Below, in pieces: positions 45,058-56,903 of a DNA stretch of 64,000 bases (within the stretch, counting starts at the first letter, position 1; every line of letters starts with the position of its first letter). The position numbers and the translations under genes are program-made. The DNA lies in assembly GCF_036365525.1 (NCBI RefSeq), contig NC_090399.1, positions 42,254,430 to 42,318,429 of the forward strand, given 5' to 3'. The notes beneath the pieces were generated by a model. It saw only the letters and a program-made list of their open reading frames with translations. It was not told the DNA's origin and did not search any database. Source of the stretch: Heterodontus francisci (taxonomy: Eukaryota).

Positions 45058-47968
45058 GGAGCGAGGGGGCGAGGGGAGGTGGTGGGGAGCGAGGGGATGA
45101 GGGGCTGAGCGTCGGCGAGGGAGCGAGGGGAGGTGGTGGGGGAGCGAGGGGATGAGGGGCTGAGCGTCGGCGAGGGAGCGAGGGGAGGTGGTGGGGGGGC
45201 GAGGGGAGGTGGTGGGGGGGCGAGGGAGCGAGGGGAGTTGGTGGGGGGGCGCGAGGGTATGAGGGGAGGTGATGAGGGGGGCGAGGGAGTGAGGGGAGGT
45301 GGTGGGGGGGCGAGGGAGTGAGGGGAGGCGAGGGGCGAGGGGAGGTGGTGGGGGGGTGAGGGAGCAAGGGGAGGTGGTTGGGCGAGGGTCAGCGAGGGAG
45401 CGAGGGGAGGTGGTGGGGCGAGGGTCGGCGAGGGAGCGAGGGGAAGTGGTGGGGGCGAGGGTCGGCGAGGGAGCGAGGGAGGGTGAGGGAGCGAGGGGAA
45501 GTGGTGGGGGCAGGGGAGCGTGGGGAGGCGAGGGATCGGGGTGAGGCGGTGGGGACGAGGGAGTAAGGGGAGGTGGGGGGTGTGAGGGGAGGTTGGGGGA
45601 GCAAGGGAGTGAGGGGAGGTGGGGGGGCGAGGGAGTGAGGGGAGGAGGTGGTGGGAGTGAGGGGAGGAGGTGGGTGCGAGGGAGGGGGGAGGTGGTGGGG
45701 GCGAGGGGAGGGCGAGGGAGTGAAGGGAGGTGTTGGGGGCGACGGAGGGGGGGGAGGTGGTGTGGGCGATGGAGTGAGGGGAGGTGGTGGGAGTGAGGGG
45801 AGGTGGAGGGCGAGGTTCGGCGAGGGAGCAATGGGAGGTGGTGGGGGCGAGGGAGCGAGGGGAGGTGGCGGGGGCGGCGGCGCGAGGGGAGGTGGTGGGG
45901 GCGAGGGAGCGAGGGGAGGTGGTGGGGGTGAGGGGAGGTGGTGGGGGTGAGGGGAGGTGGGGGGGCGACGGTTGGCGAGTGGGGGTGCGAGGGTCGGCGA
46001 GGGAGCGAGGGGAGGTGGTGGGGGCGAGGGTCGGCGAGGGAGTGAGGGGAAGTGGTGAGGGCGAGGGAATGAGGGAAGGTGGGGGAGCGAGGGGAGGTGG
46101 TGGGGGCGAGGGTCGGCGAGGGAGTGAGGGGAAGTGGTGGGGGCGATGGATGGCGAGGGAGTGAGGGGAAGTGGTGGGGGCGATGGATGGCGAGGGAGTG
46201 AGGGGAAGTGGTGGGGGCGAGGGAGTGAGGGGAAGTGGTGGGGGCGAGGGTCGGCGAGGTGGCGAGGGGGCGGGGCAAATTGTTGGGGGCGAGGGAGCGA
46301 GGGGAAGTTGGTGGGGGTGAGGGAACGAGGGGAAGTGGTGTGGGCGTGGGGGGCGAGTGTCGGCGAGGGAGCGAGGGGAAGTGGTGGGGGCGAGGGAGGG
46401 GCGAGGGTCGGCGAGGGAGCGAGGGGAAGTGGTGGGGGCGAGGGTCGGCGAGGAAACGAGGGTGAGGGAGCGAGGGGAAGTGGGAGCGAGGGGAAGTGGT
46501 GGGGGCGAGGGAGACGAGGGGAAGTGGTGGGGGCGAGGGAGCGAGGGGAAGTGGTGGGGGCGAGGGAGCGAGGGGAAGTGGTGGGGGCGAGGGAGCGGGG
46601 GGAGGCGGTGGGGGGCGAGGGAGCGGGGGGAGGCGGTGGGGGGCGAGGGAGCGGGGGAAGACTGTGGGGGCGAGGGATCGGGGGGAGGTGGTGGGGGCGA
46701 GGGACCGGGGGGAGGCGGTGGGGGCGAGGGAGCGAGGGGAGGTGGGGGGAGTGAGGGGAGGTAGGGGGAGCAAGGGAGTGAGGGGAGGTGGTGGGAGTGA
46801 GGGGAGGAGGGGGGGAGGTGGTGGGGGCGAGGGGAGGGCGAGTGAGTGAGGGGAGGTGGTGGGGGCGAGGGAGCGATGGGAAGTGGTGGGGGCAAGGGTA
46901 CGAGGGGAGGTGGGGTGGGCGAGGGAGCGAGGGGAGGTGGGCGAGGGAGTGAGGGGTGCTGGTGGGGGCTAGGGAGTGAGGGGAAATGGTGGGGGCGAGG
47001 GAGTGAGGGGAAATGGGGGTGAGTGAGTGAGGGGAGGTGGTGGGGGTGAGTGAGTGAGGGGAGGTGGTGGGGGCGAGGGTTTGTGGGGTTGAGGGTCGGT
47101 GAGGGAGTGAGGGGCGGTGGGGATGCGAGGGAGTGAGGGGCGGTGGGGATGCGAGGGAGTGAGGGTCGGTGGGGGGGGGTGAGAGTGAGGGCGGCGAGGG
47201 AGTGAGGGGAGGTGGGGGGCAAGTGTCAGTGAGGGAGTGAGGGGTGGTGGGGGCGTGTGAGGGAGGGGAGGTGGTGGGGGCGAGGGTCGGCGAGGGGAGA
47301 TGGTGGGGCGAGGGTCGGTGGGGGGGCGAGGGGAGGTGGGGCGAGGGGAGGCGAGGGGGTGAGGGGAGGTGGGGGGCGAGGTTGCAAGGGGAGGTGGGGG
47401 GCAAGGGGAGGTGGGGGGCACGAGGGAAGGATGTGGGGGGGGGAAGGGAGTGAGGGAAGGAAGTGGGGGGGCGAGGGGAGGTGGTGGGGGGGGCGCGAGG
47501 GTACGAGGGGAGGTGCTGAGGGGGGCGAGGGAGCGAGGGGAGGTGGTGGTGAGGGAGCGAGGGGTTGTGGTGCGGGGGCGAGGGAACGAGGGGTGGTGGT
47601 GGGGGGCGAGGGAGCGAGGGGAGGTGGTGGGGGGGCGCGAGGGTACGAGGGGAGGTGATGAGGGGGGCGAGGGAGTGAGGGGAGGTGGTGAGGGGAGGCG
47701 AGGGGAGGTGGTGGAGGGGTGAGGGAGCGAGGGGAGGTGGTTGGGCGAGGGTCAGCGAGGGAGCGAGGGGAGGTGGTGGGGCGAGGGTCAGCGAGGGAGC
47801 GAGGGGAGGTGGGGGCGCGAGTGTCGGCGAGGGGAGGTGGGGCGCGAGGGTCGACGAGGGAGTGAGGGGAGTCGGGGGGCGAGGGAGTGAGGGGAGGTGG
47901 GGGGGGCGAGGGTCGGCGAGGGAGTGAGGGAAGGTGGGGGGCGAGGGTCGGTGAATGGGGAGCCGGGG
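45058..47968 (+). repeat. G-rich degenerate tandem repeat, core unit about 27 bp (ggcgagggagcgaggggaagtggtggg)
   Basis: Almost all G and A on the + strand, with many CpGs. 9-aa periodicity GARERGEVV in ORF 46134..46754. Confidence 0.95.
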
Positions 47969-48015
47969 CACAGTACCTCAAGGTTCTTGTACTGATTCCT
48001 CTTTCTCTCTCTCAG

Positions 48016-48279
48016 TCGCCCCCGTCGTGTCCTTTACCCGTCCGGGTGGTTCTAACCGGCTGTCCTGTGTCGTCACTGGGTTTTACCCTCAGGCCATCGA
48101 GGTGACTCTGTGGAGAGATGGAGTGATGATCGATGAGACCCTGTCCTCTGGGATTTTACCCAATCACGACAGAACCTACCAGATCCGGAAATGGATAGAG
48201 TTTGATCCGGAAAACCAGGCTGAGTATTCCTGTCGGGTGGAGCACAGCGGGCTGACGGAGACGATGGTGGTGATTTACG
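48016..48279 (+). CDS. MHC class I heavy chain, alpha3 (C1-set Ig) exon
   Basis: Polypyrimidine acceptor ctttctctctctcag| and donor g|gtaaga, phase 1/1, 264 nt, open frame: VAPVVSFTRPGGSNRLSCVVTGFYPQAIEVTLWRDG...SSGILPNHDRTYQIRKWIEF...YSCRVEHSGL. CxxxGFYP, PNxDxTYQ and YSCxVEH are class I alpha3 motifs. Confidence 0.9.
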
Positions 48280-48479
48280 GTAAGACTGTCTCTCACTGTT
48301 AGAGGGGTCCCAGCCTCGGAGCTGGAGCATCGGAGGGAGGGTTAGTGCTGAGCTACCAGCCCGGGACAGGCTGAGGCCCAGGATACACAGTGTTTCCACC
48401 TCAGTGAGACCGTTAATGGTAAAACACAAGATATGACATTCCAAGAGCAATTTCAAGAAATACACCACAAAATTTAACG

Positions 48480-48812
48480 TTTAGTTTCGAGATACAGCAC
48501 TGAAACAGGCCCTTCGGCCCACCGAGTCTGTGCCGACCATCAACCACCCATTTATACTAATCCTACATTAATCCCATATTCCCTACCACATCCCCACCTT
48601 CCCTCAATTCTCCTACCACCTCCCCACACTAGGGGCAATTTACAATGGCCAATTTACCTATCAACATGCAAGTCGTTGGCTGTGGGAGGAAACCGGAGCA
48701 CCCGGCGGAAACCCACACCGTCACAGGGAGAACTTACAAACTCCTCACAGGCAGTATCCAGAATCGAACCTGGGTCGCTGGAGCTGTGAGGCTGCTGTGC
48801 TAACCACTGCTG
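48480..48812 (-). mobile_element. HE1/V-SINE
   Basis: Near-complete reverse-complement copy of the SINE seen at 20326-20880 and 25715-26020. Confidence 0.85.
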
Positions 48813-48864
48813 TACAAAATAAGGGTGAATAATTTAAAAATTAATTCAAGATGCAAGTACACCT

Positions 48865-49186
48865 GGCAAGACCACATTAATTGCCACCTCTGAGTTGCTC
48901 TGAGGTGGTGATTGGTTGCCATCTTGAACTACTGCAATCCATGTGCTGAATGTGCTCCACCAGTGCTATTAGGGAGCGAGTTCCTGGACTAACGGATGGC
49001 AATGCAATCCAAATCAGGATAGTTTGTAACTTGGAGGGGAACTTTGGAGGTGATTGTGTTCCTATGTACCTACTGCCCTTATCCTTCTCGGTAGTGGAGG
49101 TTGAGAGTTTGGTACGAGCTGTAGACGTAGCTTCAGTGTGCTGCTGCAGTGCATCACGTAGATAGTATACTCTGCAGCCATGGTGG
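48865..49186 (-). mobile_element. CR1-clade (second family) 3' fragment
   Basis: Homologous to the reverse complement of the tail at about 59600-59930. Confidence 0.6.
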
Positions 49187-49369
49187 TGTAATACACATCC
49201 ATTTCCCAGACATAATAGTAATTGGGAATGGAAATCCTGATAGACTTTCTCCCCCAGCTTCATAATTCAAGGAAGTCAAGATAACTAGCACACTCATCAC
49301 CATTCCAATGAGATCAGATCACAGATCAAAAAGATATATTGGGGATCTTCCTGGTCCTTTTGGCTCTAA

Positions 49370-52300
49370 GTCTGCCAAATGATGCTTCACCTCCTGAAGG
49401 ACGTGGATGAGCTTTCCGGACGTCGATGGTGGGCACTGAGGAAATGGCTTATTACCTGCACCAGCTTCCGCCCCCCCCTCCCCCCCCCCCTTTACCCCCC
49501 TTCCACTTCCCTGCTCCACCCTCTCAGCTCACCCCCTCACAACCCCGTCCCAGCCCGCCCCCCCTCGCACCATCTTCACCCCGCACCCCTCCCCCTTGCA
49601 TCCCCTCCTCCCACCGGCACCATCCTACACCTGTGTAGGGGCCCCAACAACCCCACTGCCTTGTGGGCGTCTCGGGAGAGACCAAGGCTAAGGGAGTAAA
49701 CCCTAACAGAAAATCCGGAGCGGAACCCCGTAGGCGGTCATGTGTCACCTTTGGCATGTTTCCGGCAGTTCCTGCAGCCATACTGGTGCCAAACGTCATG
49801 CTCTGCACTCCTTTGGACCCCACCAGAAAGGCCGAGAGGGGGGTTTTGACGACTGGGCAACTCTCAACCTCCATAAATTTGCCCAGGCGTGCGCCATGGA
49901 GAGGTCACTCCATAGTTGCCTCACAGCGACTAAAACAACACGGAAGGCAGCAGTTACGGGTTATAAGTCCAGATAAATTGGCGTAGAAACTGGGCGCCAC
50001 GGGTTGCCTTTGTTGGTGGGAGAAGTCATTGCACCTCACTGGACAGCTACCGTCCGCCTCAAACCGGGCAGCCCCCGGTCAGTAAGGTTCTGTCCCGCCA
50101 CAGTCTGCCTGCTTCAATGGGTGCTTGGAGCTCAGGGTCATTGCCCGAAAGGTGGACTGATACACCGCACCAAACAACATGAAAAAAGGAAAGAAGGTAC
50201 CAGCCTTCGCTTTGCAAGCTGGAACGTCAGAACTATGTGTCCTGGCCTGTCGGAAGACCTTACACAAATCAACGATTCTCGGAAGACCGCCATCATTAAC
50301 AACGAGCTCAGTAGATTCAATGTGGACATTGCAGCACTTCAGGAGACTCGCCTCCCCGCGAGTGGCTCTCTAGCAGAGCAAGACTACACCTTCTTCTGGC
50401 AGGGCAGGGATCCTGAAGAACCAAGACAGCATGGAGTGGGCTTCGCCATCAGAAACTCTTTGCTCAGCATGATAGAGCCTCCCTCAAATGGCTCGGAACG
50501 CATACTGTCCATCCGACTGCTCACCACCTCTGGTCCAGTACACCTACTCAGCATCTATGCTCCAACACTCTGCTCCCCACCTGAAGCTAAAGACCAGTTC
50601 TATGAACAACTCCATAACATCATTAGCAGCATCCCCAACACCGAACACCTATTCCTGCTGGGGGACTTTAATACCAGGGTTGGGGCCGACCATAACTCAT
50701 GGCCCTCCTGCCTTGGGCGCTATGGCGTTGGAAGGATGAATGAGAACGGGCAGAGACTGCTTGAGTTGTGTACCTATCATAACCTCTGCATCACCAACTC
50801 GTTCTTTCACACTAAACCCTGTCACCAGGTTTCATGGAGGCACCCAAGATCACGTCGTTGGCACCAGCTAGACCTCATTGTCACAAGGCGAGCCGCCTTA
50901 AACAGTGTTCAAATCACACGCAGCTTCCACAGTGCGGACTGCGACACCGACCACTCCCTGGTGTGCAGCAAGGTTAGACTCAGACCAAAGAAGTTGCATC
51001 ATTCCAAGCAGAAGGGCCACCCGCGCATCAACACGAGCAGAATTTCTCACCCACAGCTGTTACAAAAATTTCTAAATTCACTTGTAACAGCCCTTCCAAA
51101 CACTCCCACAGGGGATGCTGAGACCAAGTGGGCCCACATCAGAGACGCCATCTATGAGTCAGCTTTGACCACCTACGGCAAAAGTGCGAAGAGAAATGCA
51201 GACTGGTTTCAATCTCATAATGAAGAGCTGGAACCTGTCATAGCCGCTAAGCGCATTGCACTGTTGAACTACAAGAAAGCCCCCAGCGATTTAACATCCG
51301 CAGCACTTAAAGCAGCCAGAAGTACTGCACAAAGAACAGCTAGGCGTTGCGCAAACGATTACTGGCAACACCTATGCAGTCATATTCAGCTGGCCTCAGA
51401 CACCGGAAACATCAGAAGAATGTATGATGGCATGAATAGAGCTCTTGGGCCAACCATCAAGAAGATAGCCCCCCTCAAATCTAAATCGGGGGACATAATC
51501 ACTGACCAACGCAAACAGATGGACCGCTGGGTTGAGCACTACCGAGAACTGTACTCCAGGGAGAATGCTGTCACTGAGACTGCCCTCAATGCAGCCCAGC
51601 CTCGACCAGTCATGGATGAGCTGGACATACAGCCAACCAAATCGGAACTCAGTGATGCCATTGATTCCCTAGCCAGCGGAAAAGCCCCTGGGAAGGACAG
51701 CATTACCCCTGAAATAATCAAGAGTGCCAAGCCTGCTATACTCTCAGCACTACATGAACTGCTATGCCTGTGCTGGGACGAGGGAGCAGTACCCCAGGAT
51801 ATGTGCGATGCCAACATCATCAGCCTCTATAAAAACAAAGGTGACCGCGGTGACTGCAACAACTACCGTGGAATCTCCCTGCTCAGCATAGTGGGGAAAG
51901 TCTTTGCTCGAGTCGCTCTGAACAGGCTCCAGAAGCTGGCCGAGTGCGTCTACCCTGAGGCACAGTGTGGCTTTCGTGCAGAGAGATCGACCATTGACAT
52001 GCTGTTCTCCCTTCGTCAGATACAGGAGAAATGCCGTGAACAACAGATGCCCCTCTACATTGCTTTCATTGATCTCACCAAAGCCTTTGACCTCGTCAGC
52101 AGACGTGGTCTCTTCAGACTACGAGAAAAGATCGGATGTCCACCAAAGCTACTAAGTATCATCACCTCATTCCATGACGATATGAAAGGCACAATTCAAC
52201 ATGGTGGCTCCTCATCAGAGCCCTTTCCTATCCTGAGTGGTGTGAAACAGGGCTGTGTTCTCGCACCCACACTTTTTGGGATTTTCTTCTCCCTGCTGCT

Positions 52301-53433
52301 TTCACATGCGTTCAAATCCTCTGAAGAAGGAATTTTCCTCCACACAAGATCAGGGGGCAGGTTGTTCAACCTTGCCCATCTAAGAGCGAAGTCCAAAGTA
52401 CGGAAAGTCCTCATCAGAGAACTCCTCTTTGCTGACGATGCTGCTTTAACATCTCACACTGAAGAGTGCCTGCAGAGTCTCATCGACAGGTTTGCGTCTG
52501 CCTGCAATGAATTTGGCCTAACCATCAGCCTCAAGAAAACGAACATCATGGGGCAGGACGTCAGAAATGCTCCATCCATCAATATTGGCGACCACGCTCT
52601 GGAAGTGGTTCAAGAGTTCACCTACCTCGGCTCAACTATCACCAGTAACCTGTCTCGAGATGCAGAAATCAACAAGCGCATGGGTAAGGCTTCCACTGCT
52701 ATGTCCAGACTGGCCAAGAGAGTGTGGGAAAATGGCGCACTGACACGGAACACAAAAGTCCGTGTGTATCAGGCCTGTGTCCTCAGTACCTTGCTCTACG
52801 GCAGCGAGGCCTGGACAACGTATGCCAGCCAAGAGCGACGTCTCAATTCATTCCATCTTCGCTGCCTTCGGAGAATACTTGGCATCAGGTGGCAGGACTA
52901 TATCTCAACACAGAAGTCCTTGAAGCGGCCAACACCCCCAGCTTATACACACTACTGAGTCAGCGGCGCTTGAGATGGCTTGGCCATGTGAGCCGCATGG
53001 AAGATGGCAAGATCCCCAAAGACACATTGTACAGCGAGCTCGCCACTGGTATCAGACCCATCGGCCGTCCATGTCTCCGCTATAAAGACGTCTGCAAACG
53101 CGACATGAAATCGTGTGACATTGATCACAAGTTGTGGGAGTCAGTTGCCAGCATTCGCCAGAGCTGGCGGGCAGCCATCAAGACAGGGCTAAATTGTGGC
53201 GAGTCGAAGAGACTTAGTAGTTGGCAGGAAAAAAGACAGAGGCGCAAGGGGAGAGCCAACTGTGCAACAGCCCCGACAAACAAATTTCTCTGCAGCACCT
53301 GTGGAAGAGCCTGTCACTCCAGAATTGGCCTTTATAGCCACTCCAGGCGCTGCTTCACAAACCACTGACCACCTCCAGGCGCGTATCCATTGTCTCTCGA
53401 GATAAGGAGGCCCAAAAGAAAAAAAAAGAAAAA
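49370..53433 (+). mobile_element. Near full-length RTE-clade LINE (5' boundary approximate)
   Basis: Long 5' UTR, single APE-RT ORF, short 3' UTR and an A-rich tail aaaagaaaaaaaaagaaaa. Confidence 0.9.
50004..53368 (+). CDS. RTE ORF: APE endonuclease, reverse transcriptase and C-terminal C2H2 finger, with one frameshift near 52906
   Basis: ASWNVRTM, ALQETRL, LGDFN, TDHSLV (APE); GVKQGCVLAP, LFADD (RT); CSTCGRACHSRIGLYSHSRRC in ORF 52724..53368. tatctcaacac here vs tatctccaacac in the paralog near 25033. Confidence 0.9.
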
Positions 53434-54779
53434 CACCATCAACTGATATGATATCAGCTCTTCTCAGTTCCAATCTGAACCACTGATTTGAAGTATACCC
53501 TTACGAGTGAATTTGAGGGAAGTCACACCTAAGCAGTCTTCACTGCTGTTCAGCAGAAGACTTTTATTATCACACCAAACTTAAAAGAAATCCCCATTAA
53601 CCAAACAATATTTTGTAAGTAGCTGATATCCCAAATTACAGATAAAGGTATTTTCTTCACTTATTAAAATATTTGAAAACCTCACACCACACTTGTACAT
53701 TACGCAGCCCTCCTTGACAGTGAAATGTGTGCAGCTAAAACTCCTGCCTGTTGCAATGGATTGGATCTCCCAGACCTTTCTCAAAGTCAATGTCCTCTTT
53801 GCTCACTTCTTCCGAGCACTTTCCACCTGGACATCTGTGAATAAGGCGATTTCTGGTGATCATATTGGTCTTTTACTTCTCTGCAAACCTCAGCTTTCAA
53901 AATGGCTTCAATTCTTCGCAGCCTTTCACTGTATCAGTCTTCTGAGAGCAGATGTTCTCTCTGTTTCTCCTTCTGAGGCTGTCACCGTTGGTCGTCTTCC
54001 TTACTGCCTGCCTTCAGAAGATCTGTTGAATTTATCTGGAATCAATAGTCAATAGCCAGTCGTCTCTTAGAATATGCAAAGTCCACAAGTCTGGCTGCAG
54101 CAAAGCCACCCAGGCTTTCCATTGTTTACATTCAGAGTCACTGGCTTCTTGTTTATGATCTGAAAGTCTGGGAGAGTGAAACCCATTGTTCTTCAGGTGT
54201 TATACCCCCTGCAATCTTTGTTTTTCAGAAAGGTCTTTGATCTGATTTTTTTGTTGTCCTGGTAACCAAGATCCCTGTCTTTAAGCAGTGTTGATGTGAG
54301 GTCACCTGACTTCTGACTCCATCTTAAAATTTGGAAAATTCCAATTTAAAAAAAACTTAATCATGTTACAAAGTCTAGTGTTCACAATATAGAACATAGA
54401 ACATAGACATAGAAAAATACAGCACAGAACAGGCCCTTCGGCCCACGATGTTGTGCCGATCCTTTGTCCTCTGTCAAGGACAATTTAATCTATACCCCAT
54501 CATATCTCTCCCAAAAATAGAAAATTCATTGCTGTAGTAATGATTTCTCAACATTATCAGCATATAGCATTGTAAATATTTCTATTAATACTTTATACAG
54601 GTAACAATATTTTATATCTGAGTTACTTTCCTCCATTATACCTTTTCCTTAAATTCTGACTGGAGTATCACCAGTTACATTGCTCTTTCCTGTAACATGT
54701 ACAATGTTTAGGGTAAATTGTTGCAGGATTAAACTCCACTGAAATAATCTGGTATTCTTGGTTTTAAATTTCTCGAGGA

Positions 54780-55270
54780 TTATATTCGCTGGAGTTCAGA
54801 AGAGTGAGGGGGGGATCTCATAGAAACCTATAAAATTCTAACAGGACTTGACAGGGTAGATGCAGGAAGGATGTTCCCGATGGTGGGGGAGTCCAGAACC
54901 AGGGGTCATAGTCTAAGGATGCGAGGTAAACCTTTCAGGACTGAGATGAGGAGAAATTTCTTCACCCAGAGAGTGGTGAGCCTGTGGAATTCGCTACCAC
55001 AGAAAGCAGTTGAGGCCAAAACACTATGTTTTCAAGAAGGAATGAGAAAAGCTCTTGGGTTTAAAGGGATCAAAGGATTTTTTTTTTTATTCATTCACGG
55101 GATGTGGGCGTCGCTGGCCAGGCCAGCATTTATTGCCCATCCCTAATTGCCCTTGAGAAGGTGGTGGTGAGCTGCCTTCTTGAACCGCTGCAGTCCATGT
55201 GGGGTAGGTACACCCACAGTGCTGTTAGGAAGGGAGTTCCAGGATTTTGACCCAGCGACAGTGAAGGAAC
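54780..55270. mobile_element. CR1 3' fragment (+) followed by a second-family CR1 tail (-)
   Basis: ORF 54871..55146 (TRGHSLRMRGKPFRTEMRRNFFTQRVV), then poly(T) and the reverse-complemented tail. Confidence 0.75.
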
Positions 55271-55272
55271 AG

Positions 55273-55584
55273 CTTTTGGCTCGGGTCGGATTGGGCCGGA
55301 CGCACACGGTTAGTGCTCTGCTGGGATGTGTTGAAATTTAAAAAAAACTTATCTGAGCCTGGACTCTGGGACGAAACTGAGTCCATGCAGTGAACGAGTG
55401 ACATCACTATAATGTCATCATGTGTGTGCTGCAGCTTCTTGCGGGTTTGGTGTCAGGAAGGTAAGTAAACGGATGCTCGGGTCGGGTCAGGCTCGGGGCA
55501 AAATGGGAGGGACTAGAGCCGGGTCGGTCTCGTGTCTGCTGTGGTTCGGTCGGGTTCTTTTTTCCTGACCCGAGCAGGCCTCTA
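55273..55584. mobile_element. One end of a hAT-like element related to the MITE at 8195
   Basis: Repeated tcggg motifs ending gcaggcctcta (reverse complement TAGAGGCCTGC). Confidence 0.5.
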
Positions 55585-55739
55585 CTTCAGATTGTTGAAG
55601 AGCCAGTATGAGACCTAAAGCTCCCTTTCCAATAGTGGAGTACTTCTGGTACGTGGTGAGTTTTCTAGAGAAATAAATGGTCTTTCAATACCAGTATCAT
55701 CATCCTGGAGTAACACTGCTCCTACTCCTGCATCATCTA

Positions 55740-56903
55740 CTTTGGCCTCCTTATCTCGAGAGACAATGGGTAAGCACCTAGAGGTGGTCAGTGGTTTGTG
55801 GAGCAGTGCCTGGAGTGGCTATGAAGGCCAATTCTAGAGTGACAGACTCTTCCACAGGCGCTGCAGATAAAATTGGTTGTTGGGGCTGTTATACAGTTGG
55901 CTCTCTCCTTGCACTTTCTGTCTCTTTTCCTGCCAACTGCTAAGTCTCTTCGACTCGCCTCTCTTTAGCCCCGCCTTGTGGTCAGTGTCGCAGGACTTCA
56001 TGTCACATTTGTCGAGGTCTTTAAAGCGGAGACATGGATGGCAGTTGGGTCTGATACCAGTGACTAGCTCACTGTACAATGCATCCTTGGGGATCCTGCC
56101 ATCTTCCATGCGGCTCGCATGTCCAAGCCATCTCGAGTGCTGCTGGCTCAGTATGGCGTACGTGCTGGGGATGTTGGCTGCCTCAAGGACTTCTGCATTG
56201 GTGATACGGTCCTGCTTTCTGATGCCAAGAATTCTCCGGAGACAGATGGAATGTGTTGAGACGTCACTCTTGGCTGACATACGTTGTCCAGGCCTCGCTG
56301 CCGTTGAGCAAGATACTGAGACGCAGGCTTGAAACACTCGGACCTTTGTGTTCCGTGTCAGTGCACCATTTTCCCACACCCTCTTGGTCAGTCTGGACAT
56401 AGCAGCAGACGTCTTTCCCATGTGCTTTTTGATTTCTGCATCGAGAGACAGTTTACTGGTGATGTTGAGCCTAGGTAGGTGAACTCTTGAACCACTTCCA
56501 GAGCGTGGTCGCCAATATTGATGGAGCATTTCTGACGTCCTGCCCCATGATTTTGATTTTCTTGAGGCTGATGGTTAGGCCAAATTCATTGAAGGCAGCT
56601 GCAATCCTGTCGATGAGTCTGTGCAGACAGTCTTTCGTGTGGGATGTTCATGCAGCATCGTCAGGAAAGAGGAGTTCCCTGATGAACACCTTCCGTACTT
56701 TGGTCTTCGCTCTAAGATGGGCAAAGTTGAACAACCTGCCATCTGATCTTATGTGGAGGAAAATTCCTTCTTCTGAAGACTTGAACATGTGAGAGAGCAA
56801 CAGTGAGAAGATCCCAAACAGTGTAGGTGCGAGAACACTGCTCTGTTTCACATCACTCAGGATGGGAAAGGGGTCTGATGAGGCACCGCTCTGCTGAATT
56901 GTG
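55740..56903 (-). mobile_element. RTE LINE, 5'-truncated, older copy
   Basis: ORFs 55834..56529 and 56648..56851 are homologous to the RTE at 50 kb. Flanked by an approximately 36-bp duplication. Confidence 0.9.

Noticed and set aside
44770-47981. Long Pro-rich (-) and Gly/Arg-rich (+) ORFs of 667-860 aa, resembling extensin or formin-like proteins
   Set aside because: They are open in several frames only because the G-rich repeat lacks stop codons. Some run through Ns, and none has a recognisable domain.
47955-48015. ORF-track start (MGSRGTVPQG...) as the N-terminus of a single-exon Ig protein
   Set aside because: This stretch is the intron branch point and polypyrimidine tract, there is no signal peptide, and domain homology begins at the AG acceptor.
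49370-49460. HDV-like ribozyme at the RTE 5' end (cttc-acctcct-gaag hairpin)
   Set aside because: P1, P1.1 and P2 pairings could not be built by eye. An RNAMotif or Infernal search is needed.
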